A DNA stretch of 63,376 nucleotides, counting the filler, from Aduncisulcus paluster (taxonomy: Eukaryota), in the NCBI GenBank assembly GCA_024181965.1. It is 5 parts of 5 records of this genome, joined end to end, with 100 filler letters (N's around TTAATTAATTAA, not from the genome) between each part and the next. Parts side by side here need not be neighbours in the genome. Positions count along the whole stretch, not along the records: positions 36,985 to 61,930 come from BQXS01011048.1; 4 more parts are not named here. The stretch is one strand, 5' to 3'. The position numbers were made by a program, and so were the translations under genes. Below are positions 43,056 through 55,403 of the stretch, piece by piece. The notes beneath the pieces are model-generated. The model was not told where the DNA came from. It ran no database searches and saw only the letters and a list, made by a program, of their open reading frames with translations. How positions within the stretch are numbered: position 1 is the stretch's first letter; the number at the start of each line of letters is the position of its first letter.

Positions 43056-43924
43056 ATGGCAAAAATACCAACATATTCTTCAATTGATATAGAAGAAGAT
43101 AAATATGTTTATCGTCCTGATGTTGATACTTTTGCTCTTATTGACGCTTTAGATCTTTCTCTTGGTGAAATGCGTGGGAAAGTTTTTACATCCATTGAAA
43201 TAGGGTATGTGTAATTTTAAAATTATCTTGTTTTAAATTAATTCGTTAAATTTATATTTTTTCTTCTAGATGTGGTTCTGGAGTTGTTTCCACCTACCTC
43301 TCATCAAAACTACCTGTTATTTCAACGTGTACAGACATTAATCCATTTGCATTATCTCTAACAAAAAAGGTTTCTTTGGAGAATGAAGCATATTGCGTAT
43401 TACCCATTCGTACTGATTTGTGTTCTGGATTTTCTCCTCAATTTGCATTCGATGTTGTAATATTTAATCCCCCTTATGTTCCAAGTGAGAAAGAAGAGGT
43501 ATGGCAACCCGGTGGTAAGCTTCATCCCGAGAAAATCGACACTTCTCCAGCATTTTCCTTCGATTTTACCAAATCTGTTTCCTTTTCTCGTGAAAAAATC
43601 ATCGAAGACTCCGATGAATGGGTTCAAACTGGAAATATTTTGACGTGTGCCCTGAGTGGAGGTGACAATGGCCGAGAAGTTATTGATAGATTTCTGCATG
43701 ATCATATGGATATCATTGCTTCGTCAAAGTATTTCTTCCTTGTGTGTGTCAGTGAGAATAATCCCAAAGAACTCATGAAACTCATTGAACTCGGCACAAA
43801 ACGAGAGGTAGATCAATGGGAAAGCGGGAAGACTCCAAAGCCTTGCCAAAAACGATGTGAAGTAGTCATCCGAAGAGATTGTCAGAGTGAAGGATTGTAT
43901 ATCATTCGTGCAACCAATGTTTGA
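43056..43924 (+). CDS. N6AMT1: HemK2/Mtq2-type eRF1 glutamine methyltransferase; intron 43205..43269
   Basis: VYRPDVDTFALIDAL; EIG|CGSGVVS after splicing a 65-nt GTATGT..TAG intron; TDINP; FNPPYVP; GGDNGREVIDRF. Confidence 0.92.
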
Positions 43925-44420
43925 TGATTCAATGGATCAAAAACTACATCATTGTCATTGTTTGGTTATCTTAGAAAGCTATTGGATATTGGATATCAAA
44001 GAGTTCTTGCGCTGAGCCGATATGAATCGTACAATATGATAAGATATACATTATTTACTTCACACTTCATACTTAGAATTGTTCAAGATAATATCTTGAA
44101 GATATTCTACCAGAACTCCAACTAAGCTCTCTTGCTTCTTGTTGTTACTGCGATTGGAATTGTTCTTTTATTAAAGCGCCTAGCAATTATGATAATTGAA
44201 TTACCCAATATCATTCTTTTTGTTACGACATTTCCAATTCAATTAATTCCAAATTCAGTTTTAGAAATCTTGATCATTTTCCCACCAATCGTGCTCAATA
44301 TTTTATTGAGACTCATTAAAGTGATTATCCAATGGTAATAAGAAACTTTCTTAAGAAAGTATTAATAATAATATTATAAGATTATAAAATAAGGTGTAAA
44401 ATTTACACTGTAAATTATAC

Positions 44421-47400
44421 TTATTTTACACCCCAGAGTTCTAGTGCAGCCACCTTAAATCCTTCACTTTCTGCAATAAAACCTTCCTTCCCAAGCTTCT
44501 GTTCCTGCCTTTCCACTCCAACATATCCACCTTCACTCGCCACGGTGCATCTACCATTCATAAGGTCCTTTCCAAGCATAAAGAGAGGTCCTTTCCCGAC
44601 ACATAGACTATCCACTGTGATATGGGTCAATAGAGGACGCATAGGTCGACATACATAGGGCACAAACTCTTCTTTATCACTGATTGTGGTGGATACATCA
44701 TCCTCTTCTTCTTTACATACCCCAGCTTCAATTGGATCACCACTCTTTGATGTTGAGGAACTCTGCNNNNNNNNNNNNNNNNNNNNCTTCCCAAGCTTCT
44801 GTTCCTGCCTTTCCACTCCAACATATCCACCTTCACTCGCCACGGTGCATCTACCATTCATAAGGTCCTTTCCAAGCATAAAGAGAGGTCCTTTCCCGAC
44901 ACATAGACTATCCACTGTGATATGGGTCAATAGAGGACGCATAGGTCGACATACATAGGGCACAAACTCTTCTTTATCACTGATTGTGGTGGATACATCA
45001 TCCTCTTCTTCTTTACATACCCCAGCTTCAATTGGATCACCACTCTTTGATGTTGAGGAACTCTGCACTTGGCTCTGCGTTGGCTTGGTGGAATCTATCA
45101 CTGTTGATCGACCCCCTTCTTTGAGTTTGAACACAATACAGTTCCCTCGGTTCCGGAAAGATGAAGTGACTTTGAGGGTATAATCTACACAAATTCCAAA
45201 GACTGCACCATTTGTCACCTGAATGACAAGAACATGACCTTTATATGGTCTTGCTCGCATCACACGTAAGTAACTCGACCCAAATTTCCTGGATGGTGGA
45301 GGAGAAGCCGCCCTATTCCTGGATCCTGCTGGGGATGATCCAATGCCAGGCGATGATGATAAATCAGGTGGAATGATAGAAGATCCCGAATGTACGATCA
45401 TTGAACTCTGCTTACCCTTTGATGATTCCACTCTCTTCTTTTGTTTCTCTTTAATACCTTCTTCAGAGCAACCATACACAAGGGAAGACAAGGACCATCC
45501 GTCCAGAACGGGAGAGAACAAGAGACTGGCGTATGACAGGAGATGGTGAGATGGAAATAGGACAGATATGAGTTGGGGAAGACGTTCAAGACAAAGGGCA
45601 TGAAGCTCTTGAATAGCAGATAACTCAGATCCACGAATGACCCCAGTCGAAATACGGGAAGGTACACCACCAGTGGCAGATGAATCATCGATAGAAGCCA
45701 AAAAGGACTCCATTTCAGCGTCATTGAAGGTTATTTTTCCCTTGGAGAGTGTGGGAAGAGAAGCAATGGAGACAGGTTCACCACAAACAAGCATAGCCGT
45801 GGCAGCAGCTTCAAGAGCTTTCCGCGTCTCGGCTGCATCTTCATCGGGAGTTTCGAGAGAGGAAGTACCGAGAGAGAGAAGGTCAGACTCATCCTTGGAA
45901 CCGGTTCTAGTATCGACCAGCGCTGACAATTCAGAATCTTGAGTCTGAGACATACGGAGCTTCATTTCCTTCATTCGCTTTTTAAATGCCTTTTCCCTTT
46001 CTTTTCGTAGTTCCTCTTCAAGGAGCATATCCTTTTCCACTGCCTTTTCCTTTGCAATCTGAGCCATCAATGAACGGATAACATTCAACTCCTCTTTCTC
46101 CCTCTTTTCTTGTTTGATTCTTTTTTTACGGATGTATTCAAGCTCTGTTTCGTCTGGAACTGACATTCTACAGGTGTCTTTCTTGTCATTGGGACCAAGA
46201 CCCACACAATTACTTGCTAACTCATAGATAGAGGCTAATAAAGGATGATTGCTAGCCATAGATTGTATAATCTCCTTCCCATGCTCTTCTTCATCCTCCG
46301 ATTCTTCCAACAGATCATACTCTCCCTCGTTATCTTCTTCCACTCCTCCTCTCTTCCCATTAGCTTCACCATCAGCATCAGAAGAAAAGGGAGCATCTTT
46401 CTCAGGAAGTAATGTGGATAATGATGATGTGACAATGTCTGTCGAAACCGTTCTTCCAGAACTCACACCACTTACACCTGGAAGCCCCTGTTTAGGTTTT
46501 TCTATGGATCCCTTGCCTTTACCTTTGGCAGAGGAAGAAGAGAGAATTGCATCACTCCAGTCTGCAGTGTCACATACAGGTATTAATATCCCTCCGAGAC
46601 CATCATCAGCACTGTCAGTAACACTGAGATCATCAGGTGTCAGTGAATGTGAGTGCACATGCTGGTACTCCATATTATGTATTAAGGGGGAGACAAAAGC
46701 ATGGACAGAGTCTGAGCCATGCGGAACAGAAGAAGAGGAGGAAGAAGAAACAGCTGAAGGCATCATGGATGGGAGGGAAGAAGAAGAAATCAAGGAAGAT
46801 GAGGAGGATTTCTTGGTTAATTCAAGAGGGGGAGAAGAACTGATAACCATGGGTAAAGGAAGACTAGGTTCTGTTTCCTCGTGGTCGTGATATGGCATTT
46901 CAGGCCTTGGAGAAGCTGAAGAAGAAAGATCAGAAGTCCTTGAGACCTTGCTTGGACCAAAACCAATCACAGGAGCAGAACGTGGTGTCTCCAAGGACAA
47001 AGAACCAGAGGTGTCAATAGTTGACGAATCGTCAGTGCTCTTTCTTTTCATCGAAGAAGACTCTTTCAGCTTCTTACGAGGACTCGCAATCTCCCCAAAA
47101 TCGTATGTGTTAGTTACAAAGTTGCTAATATATTCATTTCCGGAGGTGGTCTTTCCTTCAAACGGGTCAATGTCTCCAGATTCGGGGATGATTGGCAACT
47201 GGGATTCTGAGGTAAGAATCGCAACTTCTGTTTTCGCAACACCTTTCTCCGCACCGACGATTCCTTTCTTTCTTTCCATTTTTTCTTTTTTCTTTTGTTC
47301 TTTTCTCTCTCTTCTTTCTCTTCGTTTCTCGCGACGTTGTTCCTTCTTCAGCTCGCTCTCATAGAGCCGTTGTCTCTCAAAATGCAAAGCCTGGTCGACT

Positions 47401-50088
47401 TCATCAAGCTTACGTTCTTGGTCGACACTTTTCCTTCGATCTTTCTCAAGTTGTGGAGGATGGAGAGAAGGAATTGTGACCGAAAGACCGCCACCTTTCG
47501 ATTGAGTAAGCGACAGCGAGCAGGAGTCAAGTGAGAGTCGCGTGGGACCAGGGCCATTTGCAGAAGAGTGAGAAGGAGTGAGAGAGGATAACATTCGAAG
47601 GAAAGCTGATCCACTGCTCGGATTTAAAGAGGGGTCGCCTTGGATGCGGGAAGATGGAGAAGAACTGGACGAACCAACAATAAATGAGGAGGATTGTGCT
47701 GATGATTTTTTTGCAGATGAACGTTTTTTCCATGATTGCCACCACCCTTTCTTTGTATCTTTCCCCTTGGGTTTCTGTTTTCCTTTGACTTGTCCCAATT
47801 TACGTTTAGTGCGAAGTAGCTTCTCCCTTGTTCTCTTCTCAGCAAGTCTTTTACGCTTCACATGACTGGTGCGATCAACGCCCATCAATCGACACTTTGT
47901 CCTAAATGTTGAAGTCACATTGATCGTTGGAAAAGATGAATAGGACTTCAACAGTACGGCCATGGTTTTGAACTGTGCATTCTTCTCTTCCATCTTCCCA
48001 CCTGTGACATGTTGCATTGTCTGTTTTGTGCGTCCCATGTCTTCCCTGCCGAACAATATATCATTGTAATTATCGCACAAATGAGCGAATGTGTCCGGAA
48101 GATGTTTCTTCGCAAGGATATTAAGGGCGTCGGGGGATGTGAGAGGTGAGAGAGAAGAGAGATCATCAGATTGGGGGAGAATAGAGAAATGGGAAGAAGA
48201 GAAGAGAGGGAAAAGGGAAAAATGCATTGGTGGAGGGCAAAGAGAGTGAAGAGATGGTAACTGGGACATTTTGCCTTCTTCAAGGAGAGAACATTTCTTG
48301 AGCTCCCTCCGTTCAGCAATAATATTTTTTTTCCAATCGGTCTCAAACGTTTTTCTCAGAACGTATGGAGGAGCAATAAAGAATGCCGGAAGAATATTCT
48401 TATCTTCCTCGCCTTCTTCCTCTTCCTCTTCCTCTTTTTCTTCTGTTGTTCTGTCTCTCTCTGTCATTGATATTTTTAATCCTTCATCATCCTTCTTTTC
48501 ATCTCCCTCTTCTCTCGTTTCCTTACTCTTTTTGGTCAATGGATCAGATACCCAGGTGTGATGTGACCGATATAAATCACTACCACTAGTACCAAGCATA
48601 TCCTTTGTAGTTGTCGATGAAGAGGAGGATGTATCCAATGATGACGACTGTGTTCTATTTATAGAACTGAGAAGGTTGCATCCAGTGTCACAATAATCAT
48701 CACTGAACGAATCGAAGGAGAATTCCGAGTCGTACTGGTGTGAAAACAAAGCTGAAGGCGGAGGAAGAGGAGGAAGTTGTTCTACAAGCTCTGAAGAAGA
48801 ATATGAAGAAGAAGAGGAAGACGAGCTACTACTTTCTTCTTCTTCATCCTCTTCTCCTTCATGACTCTTCAGATCAGAGGATGGGGGGATAGAAACATGG
48901 TGGTCCTCATCACTTCTCTTTCCATCAGCAGTCGTTTCTACTTGATGCTGCTTTCCGCTGCGTTCCTCGACATCAATAGGCATCATTCCATCTGTATGAA
49001 GCCCTTCTTTCTTCTCCAACCTCTTCTTCTTGTGTTCTTCGCGGAGTTGCTGCTTGATAATTTCCCTTGTTTGTCGCAATCCTTCCCTTTTCCTCTCACA
49101 AACTATGTCTCTTATGCTACTATAGAGGCGCTCACAGATATCCTCGTTCATTAAGAAACAATAAACTCGACGCACGTACAAAGGGGTATTTTTGGATGAT
49201 TTCGAACTAGATTTTGAGAAAGTTGTCTTGAGAGAGGAGGAGGATTCCACCTGGGTGGTGGCAGCTTTTAGCACAAACACGAGATACCGTTTCTTCTGTT
49301 GTGATGCAGAAGAATAGAAACTAATGGGCAACGAACCAGCAGATTTAGGCCCTGTTGGCACCATAGAAGAGCCAGCCAAGGATGGATGCTGGATATCTTC
49401 ATCAGGTTTAGCGAGAGCTGGATTCTTCTTTTCAATTCCAAGNNNNNNNNNNNNNNNNNNNNGAACTAGATTTTGAGAAAGTTGTCTTGAGAGAGGAGGA
49501 GGATTCCACCTGGGTGGTGGCAGCTTTTAGCACAAACACGAGATACCGTTTCTTCTGTTGTGATGCAGAAGAATAGAAACTAATGGGCAACGAACCAGCA
49601 GATTTAGGCCCTGTTGGCACCATAGAAGAGCCAGCCAAGGATGGATGCTGGATATCTTCATCAGGTTTATCGAGAGCTGGATTCTTCTTTTCAATTCCAA
49701 GATGTTTAAGAATAACTTCAGTCGATAATGTAACAGAGGTAGCGTTTGGAGGAAGTAGAGGGGAGAGAGAAGAGAGTGTAACAGCTCTTCGATGATGATT
49801 TGGCAAGAATGGATTATGGAGGATATCAGAAAAAGCAATAGACTGAGACGGAAGGGGGGGTCTGCTTGTAATTCCCATCTGTCTAATCGTTGAAGGTTTA
49901 AAACTAAAGCAATATCGAGACCGAGCAGTGGCAGAGGTCGACCATTTTTTAGAAGGGTAAAACGATATTCGAAATGGATGTATAACGATTATTCCACTAA
50001 CTTTCCTTCCTGAAGGTCTACAACATATACAAGGTAATTGAAGTTCATCGGATCTTGGATTAAAAGACCCTTTTCGATTTACGTCCAT
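44421..50088 (-). CDS. Large TLDc-domain protein with possible N-terminal GRAM/PH-like region (OXR1/NCOA7-like layout); two artefactual duplications
   Basis: C-terminal LLFSPVLDGWSLSSL...VLVIQVTNGAVFG...CIVFKL...LGKDLMNG...FKVAALELWGV; N-terminal VSGIIVIHPFRISF. Duplications flank gaps 44767-44786 and 49443-49462. Confidence 0.8.
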
Positions 50089-50381
50089 CTAGTAAAATAA
50101 ATACTGATAAAATGTAAAATATTAGTATATTGGTATATGTAAATGATAAGAAGTTGATTTGGTAAGTGTAAAAATTCCTTTGGTGTTCAGAAAACCGTTG
50201 AAAAAAACTTCTAGCCGAATTTAATGGTTAAATAACTAATTATCATATATCATATTATGATAAGTTAGAAATATTGAGAAAATATATTTTATTCTACACC
50301 TTAATATCAGATAACAGAAACTAAGCCCATATTGAGATCAGAGATCGGAAAGTATTGATTCAAAGAAGAAGGTCTAACTTA

Positions 50382-50781
50382 TTAATTTGCTTTAAACAGT
50401 AACACACCAATGGTTCCAAAATATAAATGTAGTTTATGTAGTAGTTCGAATGTGACCGCAAAGGAAAATCCCGTCCCTGCAACACAGTGGAATGGGCCAC
50501 CAAATTTCTTATCCATTGTTTCTTTTATCATTTTGCATGCAGCTTCAAGATCTTTTGGGAATTTTTCTAAAGCAGTAACAACTAACTCAACACATTCAAC
50601 TCTCTCTTCATCTTTCATGTCACAATCCTATTATTGTAAAAATTTTGATGCAAAAAGTAATAAAATTGAAAGTCCATTAGTATTTTTCATAAATTATTGC
50701 GGGTAATCCACAAAACATAACATGGAAAACTATAAGGTAAAAAAATGATGAACATACCACAATTAATGGAAAATTTGACAT
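50382..50781 (-). CDS. DNAL4: Axonemal dynein light chain 4 (LC8 family); intron 50628..50757
   Basis: Exon 1 MSNFPLIV, 130-nt GTATGT..TAG intron, exon 2 DCDMKDEERVECVELVVTALEKF...KMIKETMDKKFG..HCVAG.GFSF...LYFG. Confidence 0.92.
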
Positions 50782-51122
50782 TTTTCTTATTGTTTCGGGA
50801 TCAGTGGGATCAATTTCGTCAGCCATTTATGTTCAATTCAGACAAATCGAGAGAATTCAATGTTCACGCTATTGGTATCCACTATTTTCACAATTGAATG
50901 TAAAAAAATCATTTAAAACACAATTAAAACATAATTATAACAATTTTATTTCATATTTATTTGTAGATTTACAGAAAAAAGTTGAACATTACAATGAGTG
51001 TTCGTGTGAATAATACAAAAGTTATACCCATTGATTCGAAAAAAGACGATAAAATAATGAAATATAAATCAAAAATTCATGTAAATCTGGCAGACTTCGA
51101 TATCAAAAATACATCTATTCAT

Positions 51123-52304
51123 TTATACAGCATTAACGATATTAATGGCTGAATCTCCAGCACCACTGAGACGGAATGTATAATCGGAACTGCATCCCGC
51201 CTGACCAAGACATATTTTCGCCGATTCAAATATACATCCACAAGAATCATCACAAGTGACCATTGATTGTGGTGCGTATATTGTGAACTCTGCATCAAGA
51301 TACGCCGTTGAACACGGAATGGAAACATCGAGTTGTCCATCTGTGTTGAATGAGTATATTGCCGGGTCAGAAGCTTCAGTTGATGAAAATTCAATATTTC
51401 CCTCGGCAGCAATTGTGATTGTTGGGACAGTTGTTGTGGTCACATTGGAAGGACATGTGAGGGTGAGGTCTGACATGGTAACTTCTGACATGGTTCCTTC
51501 CATTATTTCTAATTCACACAAAGCAACGGAAGACATAGTCACAGCACCAGTAGTAGTCGCGCTACCGAAAGAGAACCTTCCTAAAACACCCTCGGGTATA
51601 TCGCTGATACTCATTGCGCCACTCTTAATGTCAATAAGAGCAGTCTTTACAGGCTGTTGATTTGTTAATGTTAATAAGACTTTGTCAGAACGCCAACACA
51701 TCCCTGACAGGTATGAATCCAGCTTCGTCTGAGCAATAGAGGATATAGATCCCACATATGATGCTGTATTATTGGCTACTGTCAAATACATTTCAACTTC
51801 AATGTCTTGGGTTTGGTATGATGATATTTCAAGGGTTGAGAAAGTCAGAGAATTGTCAACAACAATTTCAACATCCCAGCCGCTCAAAGAGTCTAATAAT
51901 ATAGAGATGTACGAGGCTTCAGAAAGCTCATCGTCATTAAAAATAATTGAATACGTTTTTTCATTCGATTCGGAACATATCATTCCGAAATAATAAAAAC
52001 AAAAGGCTGAAAAGAGTAGAGTTATAAATATTAAAGCCCAGATAGATATTTTTATAGCTAACCAACAGCACGAGTCATTTCGGCCGCAACAACAACAAGG
52101 AATACAGGGACGACCACAACATCCACAATCTGTTACATCTCGCGCAGGAATTCTAACAATATCACCAAGTTGTCCATCCACAACAGTGGCAACACCATTT
52201 GTATACTGAATTGTCTGCCCGGGTTTAAGTCTCACCTTACTTTGTCTAAAATGGCTAGGTCTTGGAAAATCAGCCGGATCAATATATATTTTGTTTAATT
52301 CCAT
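51123..52304 (-). CDS. Type II membrane protein with Cys-rich juxtamembrane segment and beta-rich ectodomain
   Basis: First in-frame ATG at 52304; DCGCCGRPCIPCCCCGRNDSCC precedes a TM helix; Ser/Thr/Ile-rich alternating beta pattern follows. Confidence 0.78.
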   Translation of the reverse strand: MELNKIYIDPADFPRPSHFRQSKVRLKPGQTIQYTNGVATVVDGQLGDIVRIPARDVTDCGCCGRPCIPCCCCGRNDSCCWLAIKISIWALIFITLLFSAFCFYYFGMICSESNEKTYSIIFNDDELSEASYISILLDSLSGWDVEIVVDNSLTFSTLEISSYQTQDIEVEMYLTVANNTASYVGSISSIAQTKLDSYLSGMCWRSDKVLLTLTNQQPVKTALIDIKSGAMSISDIPEGVLGRFSFGSATTTGAVTMSSVALCELEIMEGTMSEVTMSDLTLTCPSNVTTTTVPTITIAAEGNIEFSSTEASDPAIYSFNTDGQLDVSIPCSTAYLDAEFTIYAPQSMVTCDDSCGCIFESAKICLGQAGCSSDYTFRLSGAGDSAINIVNAV

Positions 52305-52654
52305 TTGATCCAATGAAATATTGGATTCTAAAATGTCTGTAATGCTTCCCAAGTGAAATTTTCAAGGCCACAGTCGAAATTAGTCTTTAAATTTTCCATA
52401 TCGGGTATTTTTCAAATTGATAATCCAAATTTAATATATGATTATATAAAAATCTTCTGCGGAATTATTTATTTCAAAAGTTATGGATTCTCTCTTTCAA
52501 TCAGGTGGATCCTGAAGTAATTCGATCTGTAATAATTAGGTTTCAAAATTAAACTTCAATAAATTACAAATATTACGTATGTATCACTCCAATTTACTCC
52601 TAAATTAGCTTCTATTGAAATGACATGTATTTTGTTCGAAATCTACAATTTGAA

Positions 52655-54937
52655 ATGGAAAATTTTATATATAATGATGAACTGGGATCAATAGAAGAAG
52701 AAGAACTTGAAGAGGTTCCAGAAGAGCCAGAATGTATGTTTTTAAACTTTTCTCTTTCTTTGTTAATTTTAAGCTTGAATTTGTTACATATTTGATATAA
52801 TTGTGTTTTTTTAAATCATATCGTTATGATAGTATTTAAAATTTTATCTAAGGCTGGCTATGAGAGAATAGATATCTCAGCACCCATGGATCTTCCTGAT
52901 GGGCATGTCGATGATGAAGTCGAAAAAAGGAGTTTAAAACCATTTGTCCAGAGTAGACTGTCCCGTTCTACCTTTATGTCTGATGAACCAATCGAGGCTT
53001 TCCATTCCGACAATTTTACTGGTACTTCCGTCGTAGACCCCTCTCTACCGCCTCATCCTCTTAAAGCATACAGTGAAACATCATCTGGAACAGGATTGTC
53101 TTCACATTCTTCAATCCCACTATCTCTCACCGTTACCCCATCGAAGTTCTCCGATCATGGTCAAATTCCTTTACCCCCTTCTTCTTCATTCCATCAGGAT
53201 TTAGGTCTTCCTCCGATGCCATCATCAATGGAAGCAGCCATGTCTGCGATATCTTCACAATCTCATTTTTTTTCAAGAATGTCAAGAACTAAAACTGTGG
53301 ATTACCCTCATTGGTCAAGATTTTTCAAGGAAAGACATCATATTAGAACTGATGATGATTCAATATTCAGTGTTTATGTTTCCCATACAAAACAAGAAAT
53401 GGAGGAACTTGTAGCTCATCGAAAAGAATTGTTCTCCAAACATCCAATCCGATCCCCTCCTGGCTTTCCTCGAAAGTCCCCATCTCCTCTCCTTCCCGTT
53501 CTTTTCTGCATCCATGGTGCTGGATCATCTGCTTTGTCCTTCGCCGCTCTGAGTGGGGAGTTATGTGGAAAATGTTGTGTCGATGAATGTGGCTATCATA
53601 CAAGTCAAGGAAAGGATGAAAAAGTGAAGAGGGAGAGAGAGAAAGAAAGAGATGATATCATTGGGGAAGATGATGAAGACTCATTCAAACTCGGTTCAAG
53701 GGAGAGTGTACCACTCAGTGAGGTGGTATGTGTGAGTATTGATCTTCGTGGACATGGATGCACCGTTACCAACGACGATAGATGGTGTATTGGGGCTGAA
53801 GAAGGTGCCTGGGACATTGGAAAATCGGCTGCTTCACTCCCTCGTAAAGATGCTCCTATGGTTCCTGACTTGTCTCTCGAAACGCTTGTTACAGATGTTG
53901 AGAAAGTATTGTATTCTATTTTTAATCTTGATGAGCGCCTTGCCAAAATGACTGTTTCCTTGTATGGTTCTGAAGCTGAATATACCCCTAAATATCCGAA
54001 AAAGTATCCTCATTCTCTTTCCCATCTTTCCTCATTGACATCTCATATCGTTCTTGTCGGTCATAGTCTCGGTGGTTCTATTGCCTCACATCTCATTCCA
54101 AGGTCTTCTATATCGAGGGTTGAACCAAAATCCTCCCCAGCCTCCCCCACATCCCCCATGGCACCCATCTTATCCCCTTCAGACCATCATAGTTATACAA
54201 ACGCTTTCTCAGGACTCTTGCTCCTCGATGTCAGTGAACTCACAGCCACGGCTGCACTGGCGCACCTTCCCATTATATTGCGAAAACAGGCAACGACTTT
54301 CCGGTCCATGAGAGATGCTGTCTGCAGTGCAGTGAGTGTTGGGCATCTCAAGAGTAGGAATGCTGCTTCAATCAGTATTGGAAGTATGTATATTGGCGTT
54401 GAAAGGGATTCATCGTTATCGTCTATCTCTGGATCTTCGACTGAATTGCCTTCTAGGGCGAGGTTTGGAAGTAGTGATGGTGTTCTCTGTGCCTCACGTT
54501 GGCAGCCAGCATATAGGTATATCTGGGGTTCAGATAGGAATGATAATTATACTTTCAAGGCTGGGGAATCTCAATGGGAATCTGAAGCTGGGGTCAGTGG
54601 GGTCTGCTGTCCATCTGAAGGAAAAGAGAAGGCCGATAAGGACATGAAACGGCCACCTTCCTTTAGGTTGATCAATAGGATATCTCTCATCCATTCTAAT
54701 AGTGTTTGGAAAACATGGTTTGCGGGAATGAATGCGGCTTTCAAATTGAGTGAGTGTCCAAAGGGATTCCTTCTTGCTGATATTGATCGATTGGATGATG
54801 AAATGAGTATTTTCCACATGATGGGAAAGTGTGTGGCCCACGTTGTATCAAACAGTAATCATTATGTCCATGAAGACAATCCTAAACAAACGGCCCAACA
54901 TATAATTGGATTTTTAAGACATTTCGATATCAAATAA
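52655..54937 (+). CDS. PPME1: Protein phosphatase methylesterase 1 (alpha/beta hydrolase); probable intron 52734..52832
   Basis: IHGAGSSALSFA, IDLRGHG, DLSLETLVTD, LVGHSLGG, LLDVSE, WFAGM, RLDDEM, HYVHEDNP. A GTATGT..TAG intron joins an upstream 79-nt exon in phase. Confidence 0.92.
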
Positions 54938-55115
54938 TACGTATTCATCCTATATATTGTTTCCAACGAATCCTCATTCATAGATATCTTCCTATTTTTT
55001 ACGATAATATAGGGGGGTTTCCGAATAGGGAGGGTAATTTCGAAATACCACATTTATTTTAGTCTATTTGTCACCAATTTTGAAATTGCGACCAATTTCC
55101 ATTCTCGGTATTGTA

Positions 55116-55150
55116 CTATACTATACTGAACTATACTATACTATACTGAA
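55116..55150 (+). repeat. Pentamer array (CTATA)n with CTGAA variants
   Basis: ctata ctata ctgaa ctata ctata ctata ctgaa. Confidence 0.9.
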
Positions 55151-55289
55151 CTTGCTCCACAAGTAAATTGTTGAATAGTACCACTGCTATGAAAAGTTTC
55201 GCATCGGGGAAATGAGATGCAGATCTTCGATGGGTGGCATAATTAATAATTTAGGAACAATTTGTTCCACCATTATAGTTAAAGCTTGC

Positions 55290-55333
55290 CATACGGCCCT
55301 ATGATGAGTTACATACGGCCCTATGAAGAGTTA
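55290..55333 (+). repeat. 22-bp tandem duplication CATACGGCCCTATGA(T/A)GAGTTA
   Basis: Two adjacent copies with one mismatch. Confidence 0.92.
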
Positions 55334-55403
55334 ACTTAACGAGTTCTTTCAGGCAAATCCCACTTCTCAACATCTCAAACTACATAACAAAGAGTCTCTC
55401 GCT

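Noticed and set aside
55290-55333. CRISPR-like repeat, 5S rRNA start or hammerhead core
   Set aside because: Only two adjacent copies with no spacer and no cas genes; no 5S body follows; CTATGATGA is not the CUGANGA core.
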